Assembly: GCF_052425735.1 (NCBI RefSeq)
Contig: NC_135767.1
Span: 11,718,001-11,782,000 of the forward strand
Direction of reading: 5' to 3'
Source: Oculina patagonica
Lineage: Eukaryota
Length of the DNA: 64,000 nucleotides
Made by a program: the position numbers and the translations under genes. Under the pieces are notes generated by a model. The model was not told where the DNA came from. It did no database searches and worked only from the letters and a program-made list of their open reading frames with translations. Position 1 is the first letter of the stretch. Each line of letters opens with the position of its first letter. Below are positions 40,601 through 61,016 of this stretch, one piece after another.

Positions 40601-43600
40601 GTATACACTTACATGTGTGTAAACTATGTAATGTTTAATAAATGAGCAGCAGTGTTTTATCAAGTATAAAACACGAGGCGCAGCCGAGTGTTTTAGACTT
40701 GATAAAACACGAACTGCGAATTTATTGAACGGCTTAAAAATCTTCTGATGTAGATCTACTCATTCTTGCACTTATATTTAGATTTGGGGTTATTTTGGCC
40801 TAGAAAATTGGACGTAAAGTTTAGCCGTGTCTTTATCAGATATAAAGACACTCATTAAACATTAATTTCTTTTGTATTTTCTTTATGAATTATTAATGAG
40901 TTTTTTAAGCACTAATTCAACATTCAAGAAAACAGGGAAAGAACAATTAAATTGCACAGGTTTTTGTTTTTTCATTTTTTCTTTCTTTTTTTTTTTTAAA
41001 TATCACAGTCAACAATAAGCAGACTTATAAAGCACATTGGAGTGAGGTTGGGGATGCAACTTACACTGTATGTACCCCACCCCTCCCTCCAGGACTTGAA
41101 AAGAATCACACGGGTCTCTTATCTGAGGACAAGAATGGTAACCCTTAACAATACAAAGCTAAGTTATGTATTGGGCAGGTACAGAATGATTGATATCCAG
41201 AATATGGTCAGGCTTCAGTAATCACCAGTTGCACATTAAAGCTAACTTCACAGAACAAGTCAGACATACCCACTTCCAATTCTGTGCTGTGAGTCAAGGT
41301 AGAAAAACACTGAGGCCAAACAGTAAAAACACTCTAAAATATCATGTATCAGGCAGGAAGTGGATTTTGTCAGGCAATTGATGATGCCTTGTACTTCACG
41401 GACTGTCTGGCAAACTAACGTCAGAAGAGCAACAACAGACCATGGACTAGGATCCTGAAAATACAAACAACACGGTTACATGGTTTCAATTAAAATACAT
41501 GTAGTCTACATGTACATGACTTGTACATGACTTACTTTTATTAGTATAATTAATTCAAATCAAACTGTACAATTTCATTCCCATACCATTTTAGATTTGT
41601 CAGTAAGAGTTTCCAAGAACGTTTCTATCAATGGGAACTTGCAATGTGTTTTCAAATTTTCTAACAGTGATGGCCATGAGTGCCCTTTTCTTTTAAAATT
41701 GTCCATAAATCTAAAAACAAATTAAAAAGACAATGCAATGTTTAAATGCGTTTAATAGTGATAAACATTAAAATCAACCAACAGGGATTTGTTACATGAC
41801 TTGTCAAATAAACTTGTGCTAATTAATCAGATGGTAATAAATTGTGACAATAATATTATATGGGTACAATGTTCAGCTACAGTACACATTTGGTGCTTAT
41901 GGCATTGCTACACAACTCTCCAAGTAAAGACCATAATTTTAAGTCGCCATGGCGACTAAAAATTTGGAGCTGGCGAGTAAATTGGAACCAAAGTCGCCAG
42001 CCTGGCTACTAAAATTGAGAAGAAGGATTGAAAGTGTGAGCTTAATTTAAGTAAAAATAAACGATAATAACGAACGACGTTTCGGAGTCGTCATGACACC
42101 ATTTTCAAGTTCAAAAATGAAAAGAATAAACTGTCAGAAAAAGTTTGCTTAAGATTAACATAATAAAATATGCAATGTCACGCAAATAGTTTGGCTACGA
42201 TTGAGTCTGATTGGACATTTAGAGATGGTGAAAATCCTCTGATTACTAGCATTTCATGCACTAAACAATCAAACTTATTCTTGCACTTCTTGCTGACATG
42301 AAACTGTTTGTCAAGGTCTTTTGGGAAAATACAGTGTTTGTCTCTATAATGCTTGCCAATAGATGATGTTTTGTTCTTGTGCTCGTCCACGCGCTGATGT
42401 AAATGCCTCAGTGTATATCCTACATAACTTGCATCACACAAGTCGCATTGAAATCTATATACAACACACTGCTGGTTTACAATAGGTGGTTTCTTCTCTT
42501 GTACTTTAAGCTTTTGTTCGATTTTGTTGCTAACAAAAACTGGTTGAATGACTGTGCGCGTTTTGTGGCTTAGGTCGTTGAGTTGTTTCCGTACAAAATG
42601 TGCAGAATCCTGATCTTTGAAGGGTAGTACTATCCGAACTGTTGGACTCTCGCCAGTGGCTGGTATTGGTTGTCGATCTTCGGTCTTTGAACTAACAAAA
42701 CAACGGACGGTGGTATTGATGAACTGTTCCGGATATTTCAGCCGGGAGAACAGTGCTTTCAATCGGTCACATTCTTCGGAAAAATATGTCCAACACATAA
42801 AAATTTGCCATCCCGCAACAGGTTTCCCCCGTCGACGTGAAAGCCAGCTTTGAAAAGGCTTATTGGAGGCTAGAGCCCAACCTGCCCGATGACCTTAAAG
42901 AGCTTTCTGCTGCAACCCTACGATCTGTAGCACTAAATTTTATCCATCGAAGAGGGCCCAAACCCCCCAAATCGCTCCTACAGGCCATTGATCAGTTAAA
43001 GCGACGAGACGATATTATCATCACGAAACCGGATAAAGGTTCAGGAGTGGTCATCATGGATAAGTCTGAATATCTACGCTTGCTATCCGAGGCATCGATC
43101 AATGATACAACAAAATTCAGAGCAATTGATCAAGAAAGACCAAAGTCTAGAGGCAGACCGCCCAAATATTATCATCCACTTCTTAAAAAGGAGAAAGACC
43201 TGGAATCTACAGTCCGGAGAATTCTACCCAAATCGATTGCGGATTCCGTGCGCCCGACAGGCTCCCGGCTTGCACACTTGTATGGTTTGCCTAAGACCCA
43301 CAAAGAACGTCTGGCTATGCGCCCCATCTTATCTGCCACACGAACGTACAATTATGGATTGGCGAAATGGCTAGAGGAGAAACTACAACCCCTGTCCTAC
43401 AACCGGTACACAATAACCGACACCTTTGAGTTTGCAATCGAAATTTGCGAGTTAAAGATCAAAGATGGTGATGTCCTAGTGTCGTATGATGTTTCCTCGC
43501 TATTTACCAATGTGCCGCTGGAGGAAACCATACAGATACTGGCTGACAAAGCATTTACAAACAACTGGTTCAATGAAACACACCACTTGAACCTCAGCAG

Positions 43601-46600
43601 ATCGGACCTCGTAGACCTCCTCAGAGCATCCACCAAAGACCAGCTGTTCCAATTCAATGGGCAATTATATGAACAGACCGATGGCGTCGCCATGGGTTTG
43701 CCACTGGGACCACTGTTGGCCAACGTTTTCATGGGTTACATTGAAGAAACTCTTGAGCATGAAGGTAAAATGCCTTCATTCTACAAGACATACGTCGACG
43801 ACACTTTAACCATCATGCCAGACCTAACATCAGCGGCTACATTTCTTCAAGTCCTCAATAATTGCCATCCATCAGTAAATTTCACCATGGAAACAGAGAA
43901 AGACCGAGTGCTTCCCTTTCTTGGTATGCAACTGCTGAGCAGAGCCCCAAACATCGAGACCAAAGTTTACATAAAACCTACAAACACACTCAGGTCATTT
44001 GCTCCACTATCAGAGCCATGTCGATATTCGATATAAACGAGGGCTCCTGAAAACCATGCTTGATCGTGCATATCGATTATCATCGTGTTGGACATATTTT
44101 TCCGAAGAATGTGACTGATTGAAAGCACTGTTCTCCCGGCTGAAATATCCGGAACAGCTCATCGATACCACCGTCCGTTGTTTTGTTAGTTCAAAGACCG
44201 AAGATCGACAACCAATACCAGCCACTGGCGAGAGTCCAACAGTTCGGATAGTACTACCCTTCAAAGATCAGGATTCTGCACATTTTGTACGGAAACAACT
44301 CAACGACCTAAGCCACAAAACGCGCACAGTCATTCAACCAGTTTTTGTTAGCAACAAAATCGAACAAAAGCTTAAAGTACAAGAGAAGAAAACACCTATT
44401 GTAAACCAGCAGTGTGTTGTATATAGATTTCAATGCGACTTGTGTGATGCAAGTTATGTAGGATACACACTGAGGCATTTACATCAGCGCGTGGACGAGC
44501 ACAAGAACAAAACATCATCTATTGGCAAGCATTATAGAGACAAACACTGTATTTTCCCAAAAGACCTTGACAAACAGTTTCATGTCAGCAAGAAGTGCAA
44601 GAATAAGTTTGATTGTTTAGTGCATGAAATGCTAGTAATCAGAGGATTTTCACCATCTCTAAATGTCCAATCAGACTCAATCGTAGCCAAACTATTTGCG
44701 TGACATTGCATATTTTATTATGTTAATCTTAAGCAAACTTTTTCTGACAGTTTATTCTTTTCATTTTTGAACTTGAAAATGGTGTCATGACGACTCCGAA
44801 ACGTCGTTCGTTATTATCGTTTATTTTTACTTGTCTATGTATATCAAAACCCTTGCTTATAAGAGCTTAATTTAGCAACTAAAATTTTTCACTGGCAGCC
44901 AAACTTGAGCAGTCAGTGGCCAAATGACCACTGAGAAAAAAAAAAACTTGAAGGGTTGTAGCCTGCGTTGCACATGTGAACAAAACTCAGGTATAGTCCG
45001 TCTGCGAATCAGTGCAGAAGAGCTTTAAATGTTCCGGCCACCCGCATGTTACCAGGGTTTTTTTTTTATAATAACCTCTGATTGGCTCTTGAATAGAGCC
45101 GTTCTTTTGTGCGCCATGATTGGTCGAATGAATCTCGTGAAGCCATAGTTGTGCTTTTGATGAATAATGGATACAAAATAAACTGGGCGGCAATCATGGC
45201 AGATCGGTGAGAATTAGCGTTTGAAACTGTGAAAAAGCAGCCCGTTCGAACTATCTGATAAAAAAGGAAAAGAACAATAACAACAAGAACATTCACAACT
45301 GACAAGCAAAAAAGTCGTGGAAAAGTGTTTAATAATCTACATTTGTCTTGTGCTGAAAGAATGTCACACAACAAACATGATCCGTCATCTGTGATGAGAA
45401 GCAACACACCTTGCAACACTATAAACAGCCGGAACCGGGTTAATGCAGAATGCAAGTAGTCGACATTTTCACGGAAAATTTAGGACCAGAGAGAACATTT
45501 TGAGAACTCAAAGATATCTTGCAAATGTGAATGATCCAAGACTAACCGCAATAGTATTTACATACGACAAATTTAAAACAGAGGTGTCAAAATATACAAA
45601 CGGGAAACTGTGCAGACCTACATGTATGGCCTCCACACATTTGCCTGGCACATTTGCTATTATAAAGCAACAGTCTTACGGCTTTACTTAACTAAAAATG
45701 CCTTCAAATAATGCAGCTGACTTCATGTAGTGCCCTTTTAAAACAAGTGAGAAGCGAAATAAATTGGATGACCAAATCCAATACAGAACGGCAAATGTAT
45801 TAATTATATGACACGAACGTTTTACTGTATCTGGTATTCATCGAACGTGTAACTATGGTTTCACGAGATCCACTCGACCAATTAGGGCGCTTGAAAGAAC
45901 GGCTCTATTCAAGAGCCAATCAGAGGTTATTATAAAATACCCTGGTAACACACGGGTGGCCAGAACAAGCTTTTGTGCACTGATTTGCAGACGGACTATA
46001 CCGGGGTTTTATTTGTGTGCAACACAGGCTAGAAGGGTCGCTACAGTGTACATTTACATGTGATAATCACGGAAAATTAAACCTGACAGAAGGTGCAATG
46101 CATCTTGAGAGCTATGTTTTTGCAGGTCTGTAATACCAGGTAAAAATGTAAGTGCAGATACCTACTATGTGCTATGTTTATTTCACTTAAAATATTTGCA
46201 GTAACCGCAGATACTGATGTTCCTGCTTTATGCCTAAATTAAACATTTTAAAAAAAAATATATAAAAAATATATATCATACCTTGCAAGATGTAGTGGAA
46301 ATAAATCAATATCTAACATGCCTGTGTCATCCAAAAGTTTAATCATCTCATCTTCCGCTAAGTTGTCTTTCTTCTTCAGAAGAAAGTATTTTTTCTTCCA
46401 AGGAATAAACTGAAAGTAATTTAAAAAGTCAATTTAACAAATACATGTAGATTCCATTTTGCCGTGCGTCTGTTCAGTTATAGATCACAGATGACGTCAA
46501 CTGAATGTGGTATGAACAAAAGAAGTGGCCCACGAGCCGAAGGCAAGTGGGTCACTGATGTTCATACCACATTTTGACGTCTTCTGTGATCTATAACTGA

Positions 46601-48974
46601 ACAGACCCACGGCAAAATGGAATCTATTTGTTTTATATAATAACACAAGACTTCAGCACACCTCAGTGTGAGCAATGCCGCCGTGCCGATGATCAAAGTT
46701 GTTTTGATTTCACTATTAAGTTTTCGTTAACACGAAGCACTGTTAATCCGATTGAATAAACAGAAAAATGGTCAATTGAAAGTCAATGAAAAAACTAACC
46801 TTTATTCCGATTTGGAAAGTTGTTCAAATCTGAAAGTATTAACCGAAGCATTCAACCGCAATTCGTTGGTTTCCTGTGGCGTCGTCCAACTGTACAACAT
46901 CGGTCAAACTTTCATAGAGATTTCGGATAATTCTCGAATAATTCACTGTCTTCTTCAAGCTTGTTTCGCCCAGTTAAATGCTTCCAAAGGTGAAGGTGTT
47001 TTGGGCAGCATAATTAAATACCGGTAAGAGGACTGCACTCAACTTTTTTAAACAGTTTCTTTGGCTCAAAAACAAATACGAAACTCCACATATCTGTATG
47101 TGTTCTACATTGTACACATACAGTGCAAGCTGTACATACTCCACTTAGAGCAGTAACTGTTGTCAGATAAAATAGGGACTTAATACAGTGTATGTACATG
47201 TATCCTGGTTTCTGTAGCATTAAACGGCTACAGATATTTCTATCCCCCCCTACCAATCTGAATGGGATACTAGTCCATAGCAGGGTATACAATGTAGTAC
47301 CTCCCCAGCATTATGTCGCGGGTACCCATTTATACACCTAGGTGGAGAGGCACTATGACAATCAAACTTGCCCAAGAACACAACACAGTGACCCCGGCCA
47401 GTTAAGCCCCACACTTTCCTTAAAAAAAGTTGGCCTTTAACCCTCCCCCCCCCCCCCAACCCAACTCCCTTGGTATTTCTAATGACCTTCCAAAGCCTGG
47501 GTATGGATATTTTCAATGATGGTTTACTCCTACATGTAGTCCATATATTCTTGCTATGCAAACTCAGGGGATGTATACGTAGCTAAGAGCCGGCCGGCTA
47601 CATACATGTATAATTTCACAGGCTGAAAAAAAGCTGCTTATGACTGCCTGAAATTTCACTAGAAATCAAAAGACTTAGGATAGTTTCGAGGATAAAAAGA
47701 CTAGCAAAGTGGGCTAGGCTTTTTAATGAGCCGCCAAATAAAAGCTAACCGCAAGCAAACCAGGTAAAGCAAATGGCAAGCAAACTAGTGACATTCCATC
47801 GCCCCACCATTCCACCACAATTATAAGGTCACCTGCCTGTAATAAAATATACATGTAATTTACGAAAATATGTTATCATTACCGAGTCTCTTGATATTAT
47901 GGTATACCACTTCTTGCAAACCAAGGAACAGTTCAACATAAGATCGATTACAGGAAGCTGGCAGAATATATTCTCCAAAATCTCTACAGGCAGTTGTGCA
48001 AATTCGCTGTCACACTTCAAGTCGTCATCATCATCTGAGTCACTGACATCGCCGCCAACCAGACCAAACGTTGATCTTGCTGATGCTCGCTTTTCAGTTT
48101 GCCTGGCAGAATTTAAGGATGATGATGACTTTTTGAAAGATGCAGTATTCTTTTGATCAGATTCACTAGTACAAGAACTTTGGGAGCTACTTTCTTCCTT
48201 GCTAGCTTGACTACTTTGACTACTTGATTCAGTAGATGACTGAGAACAGCTTGTAATTTCTACCACTTCGGAATCACTCCTAGCTCTCCTGTTACCCACT
48301 ACATTCACAATAACGCAACAGTCATCCTCGCTTGGACATTTCTCGTCTCCGCTGTCGACAGTAATTGTTTCTGGAGCACCTTTCTGTTTTTTTGCAGGCC
48401 TGCCTTTCAAGTGATTCTGTGCTCTTGAACTCGATCTGCGCGTGTGTCTTACATTTTGTGGTTGTGTACTCGACGAAAAGGATGAATCAGATGTGAGCGT
48501 ACTTGAACCTGAAGAAGTTGACGACGCCATGAGGTCAGCTACACGTGTTTTTGTGTCAATGTGCGTTTGTTGTCCTTCGATAGAACTATTTTTTAAAGGA
48601 GAACATTTCCACGAAACATGCTCCGATTCAGAAACTGCAGATTTGCAAGTTGAGCTCCCCGAATTGTGCTGTCGAAACAAAATTTGCTGGTTTTGAGCCC
48701 CAGAACACCACTTTCCAGCTTGCTGATAAATCTTTGCTGCAGACGTGAAACCAAACGCCGGGGTAACTGTAATTTGATCCGGGGGTCCGTCGACGCCAGT
48801 TGCCCGACGGGTTTTTTGGCCGCGGGACGACGGATTTGCAATTGGCGACACGAAAAAATTCACTTCTTCTTTGCTGATACCACTCCTTGGAGTAAAATAT
48901 TGTGAAATTATCCTTTGTTGTGGAGATGAAATAGTCTTCTTTCGCTTTATACGCGGGGAAAAATTGCGAGCCAT
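28608..48974 (-). CDS. FBH1: F-box DNA helicase 1 (FBH1/FBXO18), UvrD-family SF1 helicase, ~1142 aa, 22 exons
   Basis: Exons 48974-47883, 46409-46282, 41710-41587, 41454-41270, 40203-40081, 39256-39159, 38802-38724, 38129-38040, 37361-37091, 36608-36530, 36266-36180, 35441-35305, 34639-34540, 33897-33776, 33550-33481, 33195-33089, 32630-32549, 31852-31751, 30109-30003, 29787-29746, 29261-29178, 28727-28608. All GT-AG, frame continuous (3429 nt). F-box [16 protein letters not shown]; helicase motifs [50 protein letters not shown]. Confidence 0.95.
30341..31041. mobile_element. MITE whose right TIR is interrupted by a ~140-bp insertion
   Basis: Left TA-CCTTATTACATGAAATTTTCGCGACACGTTAATTTCGCG; right GTGTCGCGAAAATTTC [insert with (TCATTA)n tail] ATGTAATAAGG. 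Confidence 0.7.
31445..31667 (-). mobile_element. tRNA-derived SINE (family 1)
   Basis: Reverse-complement homologue of 5505-5766 (GGAGAAAAACCCTCGGAG..CTCACCACTGCACCATCCCTGCTTCCC). Confidence 0.7.
35930..36040 (-). mobile_element. tRNA-derived SINE head
   Basis: On -: GATAGCTCAGTGGTAGAG..GGGTTCGATTCCC followed by CTGAAATTTTTTTTCAGG; no clean acceptor stem. Confidence 0.6.
39454..39971. mobile_element. Tc1/mariner-type MITE inserted into a family-2 SINE
   Basis: TA-CAGTAAAAACCC...GGGTTTTTACTG-TA splitting SINE sequence GAGTAGCAATA|CTCCTAGCCGC. Confidence 0.8.
40626..40912. repeat. Hairpin-ended interspersed repeat
   Basis: GTGTTTTATCAAGT..AAAACAC..GTGTTTT..ACTTGATAAAACAC palindrome plus sub-terminal inverted repeats; similar organisation at 17200-17510 and 22335-22620. 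Confidence 0.55.
42837..44703 (+). pseudogene. Penelope RT/GIY-YIG polyprotein, disrupted
   Basis: Frameshift near 43990 (PTNT|GHLLHY). In-frame TGA at 44116-44118 where the inverted copy has CGA. Confidence 0.85.
44769..44813 (+). ncRNA. Putative minimal type I hammerhead-ribozyme-like motif (variant core) in the Penelope pLTR; second copy at 42068-42112 on -
   Basis: AAC-UUGAAAA-U-GGUGUC(AUGAC)GACUCC-GAAA-CGUCG-UU-CGUU, just after the ORF stop, where Penelope elements carry hammerheads. The core is UUGAnAA instead of CUGAnGA. Confidence 0.55.
44959..46031. mobile_element. Non-autonomous TIR element (TAGCCTG ends, 9-bp TSD)
   Basis: ~150-bp imperfect TIRs; flanks GAAGGGTTG / GAAGGGTCG; same termini as 54418-54486. 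Confidence 0.8.
46436..46633. repeat. Long palindromic MITE-like repeat
   Basis: ~80-bp arms AGATTCCATTTTGCCGTG..TATAGATCACAGA / reverse complement. Confidence 0.75.
47210..47400 (-). mobile_element. SINE family 2 fragment
   Basis: GGTACCCATTTATACACCTAGGTGGAGAGGCACT..CTTGCCCAAGAACACAACAC. Confidence 0.65.
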
Positions 48975-49309
48975 GAAAAAGACCTGTTTGTAACGGAATT
49001 ACCCGTTGGCCGCCATGATGGTTTCAATTCTCTTTCCCAGTGTCGCTCGACACTCCTAGCCGGTGGTAACGTGGGAACGTGGTAATGAAGTACTATGTAG
49101 GGAGGGGCTAGGGGAGCGGCGGTATTAAAGATAGGGAAGAAAGTATTTAGGATGATCAGTTCATTAGAGTTTCTGCAGAAGACTGACGTAAAATGAATAT
49201 TGAACATTTTATCTCAATGTAATCGGTTAGGCTAGGATTTTTTTACTAACTTCGCTTGCCATCCTCTACCTCACCCTCCCTCCCTAAAGCCACTTGTTGT
49301 TTTACCAAG
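48975..49309. promoter_or_regulatory. Bidirectional promoter shared by FBH1 and ANKRD16
   Basis: Only 335 bp between the divergent ATGs. YY1-like ATGGCGG motifs on both strands (GGCCGCCATGATGG near 49008; CAAGATGGCGG at the ANKRD16 start). Confidence 0.75.
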
Positions 49310-59203
<9,894 letters not shown>

Positions 59204-60943
59204 CTGCATCTGTTTTCCTTGATGTAGCCTGCGTGACATGCGTCACACTCTCTCCGCGTGACACAGGCTGGACATCAACAGGAAAACAGCAAGCGAGAAA
59301 AAGTCCTATAGTCAGCGAAATTTTGCCGAATCTCATTACAAGGAGAAAGGAAGCCTCGAGTAAGACGTATGCGAACTGGCGTCGTGCGTGACGTGTTGCC
59401 ACTGAAAATAACGTCTCTTTTCACGTGCAAAGAGCGTGTCGATATTGCCTCGTCCGTTAACTTCTGTGTTGGTTACGTTGTAATTGGGCTGCAAGACAGT
59501 CACAAAGAACAGTCGCAAAGGAAGTTGTTGTTAAAAATGCTAAGATTGCGATCAGGAATGGACATCAGTATTATACATCTAAACGTTAGAGACAACGTTG
59601 ATAACAACTTAAAAAGACGTTTGACCATGCAAAAAACTTCGGAAGCCGGTCAATCAATTGGCTTTTCAGAACCGACGAAGGCCTACAGGCAATTTAGGAC
59701 CTGTGTGGTCAGACCGCTAGAAGGGCGGGCCACCTTCCGTGATGCGACCACCTGGGCTTCACATTTTAGGTGGTCGCCTCCGGGAGCTTGGACTGTAGTC
59801 GGTATGAATATTAAAGTTGCAATCTTGGAATTCAAAGGGGCTTTATACTGTGCTAACACGCGCGGCCTTGAAATTGTAACGGTTATTTTGTGTGCAGTCA
59901 CTGCAGTGTTTATACTAGACTATACACAAACGCCTACGGTTTCCACGAGTGTCCTTCCATTGTTAAGGTTTTGTAGACAGCAGCTCGAGACAAACAGCCT
60001 CCTCAGTTTCTTTTTAGATCGTTGATTTTGGTTGAGTTAAAACCGCGATCAATAGCCGTAGAACAATAGCATTATAAACTGATGACACATTCTTTATCAT
60101 CTTAATTGATGAGATCTTTCCAGTCCTCTCTTCTATTTTTTTTTTCTTTTATCGCTCCATAATAACTTATTTCTGCTTTTGTCTGCGTGGCTATCAATTC
60201 CCGCTGTTTTGTTTTGTCCAGGATTAGGATTACCTAGCTTTATCCGGTCTTAAACCACATTTTTGAAACTCGCTTTTGTGTCATGCGTTAAAAAAAGTAA
60301 GTAAACGGCCGATATAATTCTTGACAGGTGTACTTAGCGAAGCGTGTGTTCTATGAAACACAAGCTCAAAACCTCGACAATAGAAAACACTCCACTTTCA
60401 AAACAAGGCTGTTATATACGACGATTTAACCCCATTCCACTTGTTTTAGTTGAACAAATCAGCGCTAAACTCGCGACTTTATAAAAAGAATTTAAATTTT
60501 AACCCAAAATTGTTCTTGCATTTAAGTGGTTTCGTTGCGTGACCGCCTCGCTCTTTTTGAAACCATTTAAATGCTAATGCATTAATTTCAAAAATAGATT
60601 TCTTGTTTGTGTTTTGAATTACAATATCTTACCTTGTCTTATTTGACATTTTTGTGACTGCTCGGAACCCTGTGACGATTAGTAAATATTTCCATAAAAC
60701 TGTTGTTATAATGATGTTTTAAAATTCTTTGCGTGAGTCAGGTTAATTGAAAATTACACAATACCCTTAATACATCCAGCAGGCCAGCAGGGGGAAGTTT
60801 GGAAGGAAACCACAGCGCTGAACTTAAATTCTCCTTTCAGATGAATATACACATGCAGCTTGGCGGATAGGAAGTAATACGCGATCTTTGGGCAGCAAAG
60901 TTTCTGTTTCAGAAACAGATTTCGCTTGCATTGTCAACTGAAG

Positions 60944-61016
60944 ATGTATCGACGATGGATCCCAGATTTATTATTAACGAAGTATTTACTGCTGTTAATG
61001 CTGGACCTTCGCACAA
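60944..61016 (+). CDS. Possible first coding exon (signal-peptide-like) of the next gene
   Basis: ATG..MYRRWIPDLLLTKYLLLLMLDLRT ending at strong donor A|GTAAGT (phase 1); no downstream exon identified. Confidence 0.3.

Larger units (their letters stand above)
42049..44862 (+). mobile_element. Penelope-like retroelement (RT + GIY-YIG endonuclease), 5'-truncated, with inverted pseudo-LTR, in FBH1 intron 2
   Basis: RT ([25 protein letters not shown]) then GIY-YIG ([18 protein letters not shown]). 748-bp inverted copy at 42049-42796 of 44085-44832; 30-nt 3' tail; TSD GAGCTTAATTT(A) at 42038 and 44863. Confidence 0.93.

Noticed and set aside
42178-42798. Stand-alone GIY-YIG nuclease gene
   Set aside because: It is the inverted duplicate of the Penelope 3' end.
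59369-60025. 218-aa ORF after ANKRD16
   Set aside because: No recognisable motif, non-ATG start, and it spans MITE remnants (GCGACCACC..GGTGGTCGC..GACTGTA).
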